Both the position numbers and the translations under genes were made by a program. Below the pieces are notes generated by a model, which saw only the letters and a list, made by a program, of their open reading frames with translations, had not been told where the DNA came from and searched no databases. Shown here piece after piece: positions 35,956-41,919 of a stretch of 41,919 nucleotides of DNA. How positions within the stretch are numbered: the stretch's first letter is position 1; every line of letters starts with the position of its first letter. Location: positions 1 to 41,919 of the forward strand of contig JBCCQY010000072.1 in NCBI GenBank assembly GCA_039208735.1. Reading direction: 5' to 3'. The DNA is from Myxococcota bacterium (GTDB lineage Bacteria > Myxococcota_A > UBA796 > GCA-2862545).

Positions 35956-37452
35956 ATGGGCGAACGACCTTCCCATCTTCCTCCCGGCACCCCCCTCGGC
36001 GACCACTACACGATCGAGGGGCTCGTGCGCCTGTCCGAAGGGCGCATGTTCTACCTGGCCAACGACGTGCGCCCCGACCTTCCCGAGCGGCGCTGTTGGA
36101 CGTGTGGTCACCTCGAAACGCCGCGGACCGAATCTGAGTGTCAGAGCTGTGGCACGGCGTTGACCGACCGGCGCTTCCTGATTTCGGCGCGCTGGAGCAA
36201 CGAGCATTTCGATGCCTACATCGATTTCTTCCGCAAGCAGCTCGACCACCCAGGGCTCGCCACCCCGGTCGACGTCTTCGTGATCGACGGGGTTCTGTTC
36301 TCGGTCATTCCCTACGCGGGCGAAGGCCTAATGGTCGACGAAGCAGCCCCCTTACGGAACGCTCGGCTGCTCGACCTCGGCCAACGCATCGCGGGCACAC
36401 TGGCCTACCTGCAGCACAGCGGCGTCTCGGTCGCCTACGTGAACCGAGCCAATCTCCTGGTTTCGCCCGACAATACGATCAAGCTCTTCGACCTCGAAGT
36501 CTCCGAGACCCTCGAAAATGGGCACGCCATCTCACCCGAGATTCAGGCGGGCGCGCTCGGCAGCATTGGCGAAATGCTGAAGAAGTACTGCGATATCGAA
36601 GCGGAAAACCTCATCCACTTCATGCAGGAAGCCGAAGACGGCATCTACGACAGCGTGGCGCGGTTTGGTCGCGAGATCGAAGATCGGTTCGAGAACTTCG
36701 CGCCGCTCACCTACCCTCCGGTCCTCGGAGGCATGTCGGACGTCGGGCTCACGCGACAGCTCAACGAAGACAACTGGGGTTGGGTCAGGCTGTCCGACCG
36801 GGCAAAACTCTACGTGGTGGCCGACGGAATGGGCGGGCACGACGGCGGCGAAGTCGCCTCGGCCATGGCCGTCCGTACGATCTGTGAGATCGCCCGAGAG
36901 CGTGAAGCGCTCGCTCCTGAAGGCGAAGACGCCATCGAAAACCTGCTCGACGAGTCTTTTCAGCTCGCCAACAACACGGTCAAAGATGCGGCCGAGCAGA
37001 AGGGCACCGACATGGGCACCACGCTCGTGTGCATCCTGGTCCTCGATGAGCGCGTGGGCTTCATGGCCAACGTCGGCGACTCACGCGGCTACCTGATGCG
37101 TGACGGCGTGCTGCACCAGATCACAAAAGACCACAGCCTGGTCCAGAAGATGGTGGAGCGGGGCCGCATCACCCAGGAAGAAGCCCGTCACCATCCCCAC
37201 AGCAACATTTTGCTCCGCACCGTCGGCACCGAACGCGACATCGACATCGACATCTTCCGCGTCGAGATCGAAAAGGGCGACCGGGTGCTCATGTGCTCGG
37301 ACGGGCTGTGGGGTGAGGTCGAGGATCGCGACATGGAGTCCATCCTCAACACCTATGCGGACCCCCGAATCGCCTCCCGGGAACTCATCCGCGCCGCGCA
37401 TCATGGCGGCGGCAAAGACAACGTCACGCTCATGATCGTCGAAATCCCGTAG
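35956..37452 (+). CDS. PP2C-family Ser/Thr phosphatase fused to an N-terminal zinc ribbon and a degenerate kinase domain
   Basis: CWTCG...CQSCG; kinase-like YLQHSGVSVAYVNRANLLV...IKLFDL; PP2C motifs SDVGLTRQLNED, VADGMGGH, MGTT, NVGDSRGY, LMCSDGL and GGKDNVT. Confidence 0.88.
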   Translation: MGERPSHLPPGTPLGDHYTIEGLVRLSEGRMFYLANDVRPDLPERRCWTCGHLETPRTESECQSCGTALTDRRFLISARWSNEHFDAYIDFFRKQLDHPGLATPVDVFVIDGVLFSVIPYAGEGLMVDEAAPLRNARLLDLGQRIAGTLAYLQHSGVSVAYVNRANLLVSPDNTIKLFDLEVSETLENGHAISPEIQAGALGSIGEMLKKYCDIEAENLIHFMQEAEDGIYDSVARFGREIEDRFENFAPLTYPPVLGGMSDVGLTRQLNEDNWGWVRLSDRAKLYVVADGMGGHDGGEVASAMAVRTICEIAREREALAPEGEDAIENLLDESFQLANNTVKDAAEQKGTDMGTTLVCILVLDERVGFMANVGDSRGYLMRDGVLHQITKDHSLVQKMVERGRITQEEARHHPHSNILLRTVGTERDIDIDIFRVEIEKGDRVLMCSDGLWGEVEDRDMESILNTYADPRIASRELIRAAHHGGGKDNVTLMIVEIP

Positions 37453-37478
37453 CCTGAAGACCCCACTCCGGAGTCTTC

Positions 37479-38141
37479 ATGACCCTGCTCACGGCACTCA
37501 TCGCTGGGGCCTCGGCCCAGACTACCCAAGATCTTGCGGTGTGGACGGCAGTATTGGCGTCCCCCGACCTTACGGATCGGACCCGACTGTGGTTTGACGG
37601 CCACACTCGTCGCGATGCCGGACGGTTTCTTGCGATCGTGCGACCAGGAGTGGGGCTGCAGTTCAACGACGCGGTGTCGGGATGGATTGGCTACGGCTGG
37701 ATTCCATCGATCCCCGACGAAGGCGACACGACCCACGAGCACCGCATCTGGGAGCAACTGATCGCCAACCTCGGACTTGGCGATCGGGCTAGCCTACAGT
37801 CTCGCACCCGGTTCGAGCAACGCTTTGCCGGGAGTGGAGGCGAGGTCGGTCTGCGGCTCCGGGAGTTCGTTCGCTTCACCCTGCCTCCCGACCAACCCAA
37901 GCGGGTCCGACTCGCATTGTGGGACGAGCTGTTCGTCGGTCTGAACGACACCGACTGGGGGGCGGTAGGGGGCATCGACCAAAACCGACTCTTCGTCGGG
38001 GCCGGCCTTCCCGTTTCGCACGGAGGCCGAGTCGAACTCGGATTGCTGAACGTGCTGTTGCCACGCGATGACCTCAACGTCACCTGGGTCATCGCGGCCA
38101 ACTGGTTCCCGTCCCGTCAGGTCTTGCGACCCAACCGTTAG
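37479..38141 (+). CDS. DUF2490-like outer-membrane beta-barrel protein
   Basis: Signal peptide; IVRPGVG, EHRIWEQ, RTRFEQRF, RLREFVR, DELFVGLN and DQNRLFVG motifs. Confidence 0.82.
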   Translation: MTLLTALIAGASAQTTQDLAVWTAVLASPDLTDRTRLWFDGHTRRDAGRFLAIVRPGVGLQFNDAVSGWIGYGWIPSIPDEGDTTHEHRIWEQLIANLGLGDRASLQSRTRFEQRFAGSGGEVGLRLREFVRFTLPPDQPKRVRLALWDELFVGLNDTDWGAVGGIDQNRLFVGAGLPVSHGGRVELGLLNVLLPRDDLNVTWVIAANWFPSRQVLRPNR

Positions 38142-39388
38142 TGGTACGCCCGCTCGATGACGTAGAAGTCCACGCGTCGGTTGCGTTCCCAGGCCTCTCG
38201 GGTCGAGCGGGTGTCCAAGGGGAGTCCTTCCCCGAGTCCCACCGCCTGCAGGCGATTGGGAGCGACGCCGCGGTCGATCAGGTACTTGCGAACCGCAGCG
38301 GCCCGCCGGGTTGACAAGTCAAGGTTGTAGGCTGCATCTCCCCGCTCATCGGTGTGACCTTCGATGCGAATCAGCGTCAGTTCGGGATGATCCACCAGCA
38401 GCTCCGCCACTTCGTCGAGCAATGCGTACGATCGAGGCTGGATGGTGGCGCGATCCGTGTCGAAGTACACCCGGTCCCGCAGATCGATGGTGTCGCGCCC
38501 TAGCTCGGCCTTGGGCTCCACCGGACTTGGCGCCTCCTTGCGAGCTCGCGGTCGGCGCCCCGTGCGAAGGCCTAGCCCGAGCACCGCCCGCCAATCCGGA
38601 GCGCCAATGCCGCCCGTGATCGCCGTGCCAAATCCAGCTCGTACGTCAAGAACATCGGTGGCCGGTAGATACCCGCTCAACAGCCACTCAATGGGCGTGC
38701 TCGTCGAGGCGAGTTCGCGAAGCGGAAGGTCCCCCGCCAGCTCCAACGCCGCGCCGGCGCGCTCCGAAAAGGCGTACGCCAGGGCCGTGCGAACCACGAC
38801 GAAGTCATTGAGCGCCACGTTCTCGAGTTCGACGTTCGGCGCTCCCTTCACCCCGACGTTCGCGGCCCACAACCACCGCCCAAAAGGACGATCCACGACG
38901 GCGGCAGCCTCCCACCCCGTTCGCGGCGTCCCCAGCGCTGTGTCAACCGTCGACGTAGGCAACGTCAGACGCCCTTGCAGCGCAAGCCCCCACGAGGCCG
39001 GCCCCGTCAGCAGGGCTACGCGGCCGTCGAGGGCCACGTCACCAAGGCCCGCCTGCCCATCGGCCACATCGGACCGGGACCACAGGTACACCGGCAACGC
39101 AACGCCAATGCGGGCTCGTTTCGAGTGAAGCGAGCCCATCACATCGGCCTGCAGCACGCTGCGCACAAGCCGTGTTCGTGAGCCGTCAATGGCCGTGTAG
39201 GCCAACGGTTCGTCGGCATAGTGGAGTAGGGACCGCAGCTGAACCGTCTGCCCTCGTGAGGGCCGTGCATCGTCGGTCCACAGCGTCGACCGCCCGTCGA
39301 GCGTCGGGCGGAACCGTTGAGCATTGAGGGTGGGGACTGCCCCGTCGGTGACCGGCTGGGCCATCGCAAGACTGCACCACGCGATCAT
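38138..39388 (-). CDS. OmpA-family protein with an N-terminal beta-barrel (TraB-like architecture without TSP3 repeats)
   Basis: C-terminal VYFDTDRA...IEGHTD.RG...[10 protein letters not shown]...NRRVDF peptidoglycan-binding domain; N-terminal LNAQRFRP...GLGDVAL...[13 protein letters not shown] barrel; ATGA overlap with the upstream gene. Confidence 0.88.
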   Translation of the reverse strand: MIAWCSLAMAQPVTDGAVPTLNAQRFRPTLDGRSTLWTDDARPSRGQTVQLRSLLHYADEPLAYTAIDGSRTRLVRSVLQADVMGSLHSKRARIGVALPVYLWSRSDVADGQAGLGDVALDGRVALLTGPASWGLALQGRLTLPTSTVDTALGTPRTGWEAAAVVDRPFGRWLWAANVGVKGAPNVELENVALNDFVVVRTALAYAFSERAGAALELAGDLPLRELASTSTPIEWLLSGYLPATDVLDVRAGFGTAITGGIGAPDWRAVLGLGLRTGRRPRARKEAPSPVEPKAELGRDTIDLRDRVYFDTDRATIQPRSYALLDEVAELLVDHPELTLIRIEGHTDERGDAAYNLDLSTRRAAAVRKYLIDRGVAPNRLQAVGLGEGLPLDTRSTREAWERNRRVDFYVIERAYH

Positions 39389-41742
39389 GGCCGCCTCCGA
39401 GCCAGCAGCGCCAACAGAAAGACCCACGCGATCGATGTGCCGCCCGTCTGGCATCCACCGCCACATCCGCCGCTATACAGACCGATGGGCGGGCCCTCGA
39501 GTCCATCCCCGTTTTCGTCCCCGACGGGATCTTGCCAAGCGGGAATCCCGTCCCCGTCGTGATCGGGCTCCACCGCCGCCTCCCCGCCTTCGTCAGGGTC
39601 GTAGGCCTCATCGAGCCCATCGCCGTCCGCATCGCGGCCGGTGGGGGGACGGTCCGACTCCCCGTCCTCGTCGATGTCGTGGGCCTCGGTCGCATCCGGC
39701 CGGCCGTCATCATCCGAATCCAAATCGAGGTAGTCAGGCTGGCCATCGCCATCGGTGTCGTTGGGTTCTCGCGCGGTGAGCAGCCCATCGCCATCATCGT
39801 CGACATCACGCCGATCCACCACCCCGTCGGAATCCCCATCGGGTTCGGGCGCCTCGGTGCCTCCGCGGTCGGGATCGTACGCGTCGTCAAGGCCGTCGTC
39901 ATCGGCATCGACGCCTGCCGGAGGCACGTCCGCCACGCCATCCGAATCGGCATCGTGGCCCTCGATGGCATCCACAATGCCATCGTTGTCCGAGTCGAGA
40001 TCGAGGTAGTCGGGTTGCCCATCACCGTCGGTATCAACGGTGCCTTCCACGTCGTCTGTGACCCCATCATCATCAGCATCGAGGTCGACCACGTCGGGAA
40101 GCCCGTCCCCATCGGTGTCTCGAGGAGAGTCGCACCGTTCCTCGATCCCCGCTTCGATCGCATCCTCGATGCCATCGCCATCCGCATCTGGATCGTGTGC
40201 ATTGACGAAGCCATCGCCATCGACATCGTCGTTGGGGAACGCCCCTTCGACCGTGCTGTCGATGCCATCGCCATCCGGATCCGCCAGGTCGATCCGCCAG
40301 GTGCCGTTCGCGAGCGTATTGGGCGTCACCTGAATCGACATCCGTGGTCGGCCGGGGGGCTGCAAACGCAGCACATAGGTCTCATCCGGACCGTCGGTCA
40401 AGCCAAAGTGAAGGTAGGGCACGCCCTGCGAACCGTGGCCTTTGCCTGTGTTTACGTGGCGCAGTCCCCCTGGCGTGCCATCGGGTCGATCCAGCCAGCC
40501 CAGAGTGCCCCACGCGGTGCGCAACACCGGATCCTCGACACAATCGTCGGGAGCAGCGACCGCCCCGACCCGTTCTTCAGGGAGCACGATCATGGCGCGA
40601 TCGTCGTCCTGGTCGTTTCGGTACAGCCGATTTCCGCCATCGGAACTTACGAACAGGTCGAGGTCTCCATCGGCGTCGACATCACCAAAGATCGCGGACT
40701 CTTCGTCTCCCGTGGTCGCAAATCCCTTCACCTCGACAAAGGAGAACGCGCCGTCGTTGCGAAAGAACCGTCCTCCCGAGGGGCCAGCCAAGTACAGGTC
40801 GAGATCGCCATCGTGGTCGGTGTCACCGCAGTCCACCCCATCGAAGGCCACCGAAGCGTCGAGGGCGGGGACTCCGGTAGCGACCCAGGCGCCACCTTGG
40901 TTCTCGAAGAACTGATTCGCTTCGTCGGCGTTGTCTTCCGAGGACCCGCCGTGCGACCAGAACAAGTCCAGATCTCCGTCATCGTCGACATCGCAGAAGA
41001 TCACGCCGCCCTTGTTGTTGTTGGGCGCAGAGAAATCAAAGTTTGCCGATTCGACAAACGAACCATCTCCCTGATTGACGTAGAGGTCGGGCAACCCGTT
41101 CTTTCGGTCGATGAAGTCGATGTCGCCATCGGCGTCGACGTCGCCAAAGGCGGTGTAGTCGCCGGCCGATGACCCCGTGGCGTCAAGGCCAGTTCCCTGC
41201 CGCACGGTGAACGAGGGGACCGAAGCCCCGTCGTTTTCGTAGACGTAGATGCCGAGGTGGTTGTCGACACACAGGTCGAAATCCCCGTCGGTGTCGATGT
41301 CGAGAAAGCCGACCCCTTCCATGTTGAGGTAGTCAACCCCCAGCACATCGACGTCCAAGACGATGTCTGGGCCATCGAGCCCGCCGAGCTGGAACTGCTC
41401 GTTTGGACCGCGATTGAGGAACACCTCGAGGGTGGGAACCTGGTTGCGGACGAAGTCGACGTAGCCGTCTTGGTTGAGGTCCACCGCTACCGTCGAGCGC
41501 TCGAGCTGCCCGACAAAGCCGGGTGCCCGGAGCGCGGTCACATCGGTGAACAATCCGCTACCGTCGTTTTCGAGCAGGTGGGAGCCCGCCGCCACATCGG
41601 TGTTGAACACGATGTCCAAATCACCGTCGTGGTCGTAGTCGATGAAGACACTCCCGCCATCCTTGATGTCGGTGTTGCCAACGCCGGCCCCCGCGGAATC
41701 GTCCACGAAGCCGGCGTGCGCCTGCCAGATCCAGAGCCACAT
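39385..41742 (-). CDS. Surface protein with FG-GAP/VCBS (CRTAC1/ASPIC-like) propeller, thrombospondin type 3-like Ca-binding repeats and a MYXO-CTERM-like sorting tail
   Basis: About seven DxDxDGDxD(L/I) repeats, HFGL, DTDGDG.[12 protein letters not shown] repeats, and C-terminal [11 protein letters not shown] + hydrophobic helix + RRRP. Confidence 0.85.
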   Translation of the reverse strand: MWLWIWQAHAGFVDDSAGAGVGNTDIKDGGSVFIDYDHDGDLDIVFNTDVAAGSHLLENDGSGLFTDVTALRAPGFVGQLERSTVAVDLNQDGYVDFVRNQVPTLEVFLNRGPNEQFQLGGLDGPDIVLDVDVLGVDYLNMEGVGFLDIDTDGDFDLCVDNHLGIYVYENDGASVPSFTVRQGTGLDATGSSAGDYTAFGDVDADGDIDFIDRKNGLPDLYVNQGDGSFVESANFDFSAPNNNKGGVIFCDVDDDGDLDLFWSHGGSSEDNADEANQFFENQGGAWVATGVPALDASVAFDGVDCGDTDHDGDLDLYLAGPSGGRFFRNDGAFSFVEVKGFATTGDEESAIFGDVDADGDLDLFVSSDGGNRLYRNDQDDDRAMIVLPEERVGAVAAPDDCVEDPVLRTAWGTLGWLDRPDGTPGGLRHVNTGKGHGSQGVPYLHFGLTDGPDETYVLRLQPPGRPRMSIQVTPNTLANGTWRIDLADPDGDGIDSTVEGAFPNDDVDGDGFVNAHDPDADGDGIEDAIEAGIEERCDSPRDTDGDGLPDVVDLDADDDGVTDDVEGTVDTDGDGQPDYLDLDSDNDGIVDAIEGHDADSDGVADVPPAGVDADDDGLDDAYDPDRGGTEAPEPDGDSDGVVDRRDVDDDGDGLLTAREPNDTDGDGQPDYLDLDSDDDGRPDATEAHDIDEDGESDRPPTGRDADGDGLDEAYDPDEGGEAAVEPDHDGDGIPAWQDPVGDENGDGLEGPPIGLYSGGCGGGCQTGGTSIAWVFLLALLARRRP

Positions 41743-41801
41743 CCGCGCCTCGCATGCATCCCGTCGGGGCATCGGCACCACTTTGGCAAGTGTGACTCGC
41801 T

Positions 41802-41919
41802 GGCGAGACGGTTCGCGAAGCGAACGGCCGGAGTCCGAGCGAAGCGGAGCTTTGCCGAAGACAGGGAGGCCGAGTCGAGCCGGCGTAAGGTTTGCGGCGA
41901 GACGGTTCGCGAAGCGAAC
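41802..41919. repeat. Direct repeat of a 24-bp hairpin-forming unit (REP-like), truncated by the window edge
   Basis: GGCGAGACGGTTCGCGAAGCGAAC at 41802-41825 and 41896-41919; each copy contains GTTCGC-GAA-GCGAAC. Confidence 0.8.

Noticed and set aside
39532..41172. Long antisense ORFs (546 aa here; also 32500-34011, 29159-30322, 31461-32612, 6002-6991 and many others)
   Set aside because: They lie opposite well-supported genes, have no motifs, and are the expected shadow ORFs of GC-rich coding DNA.
41772..41788. Sigma-54 -24/-12-like sequence CGGCACCACTTTGGCA
   Set aside because: The -12 element is imperfect and it points toward the repeat or window edge with no visible target gene; chance matches are common at this GC content.
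41802..41919. CRISPR array
   Set aside because: Only two 24-bp copies are visible, the 70-bp spacer is too long and contains the repeat core itself, and there are no cas genes in the window.
1..41919. tRNA, rRNA, transposase, integrase or prophage genes
   Set aside because: None recognised; intergenic gaps are mostly short and show no cloverleaf or rRNA-like sequence by eye. tRNAscan-SE and Infernal would be needed to exclude small RNAs.

Overview
GC-rich (roughly 65%) bacterial chromosomal segment, almost certainly from a myxobacterium (Myxococcota). The support is a MYXO-CTERM-like tail, CGDG cysteine-rich repeats, a TIGR02996-like motif, DADTD linkers and many lipoproteins. About 36 plausible genes are present. 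I recognised no rRNA, tRNA, transposase, integrase or CRISPR array. Housekeeping and regulatory content: rarA, a class IV aminotransferase with a sulfotransferase-like partner, an alpha/beta hydrolase, a RavA/ViaA-like MoxR-vWA pair, succinate-semialdehyde dehydrogenase, a PPIase-surA-pdxA operon, a HAMP kinase with a sigma-54 regulator and a PspC-domain protein, and a pseudokinase-PP2C fusion. The strongest candidate for an undescribed system is a co-oriented minus-strand cluster at 28622-35784. It encodes two tandem-OB-fold lipoproteins, an outer-membrane beta-barrel, a lamin-tail lipoprotein, a catalytically degenerate PLD lipoprotein and an intact two-HKD PLD/lamin-tail lipoprotein. I infer a cell-surface machine for capturing, cutting and importing extracellular DNA or RNA. 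Also notable: a traAB-like MYXO-CTERM adhesin with a barrel-OmpA partner, a lipase/barrel pair and a TetR/CxxCH-lipoprotein pair (each with visible operator-like palindromes), very short uncharged signal peptides across the window, and a GAA-hairpin repeat at the right edge. All domain calls come from motif recognition by eye; no database searches were run.
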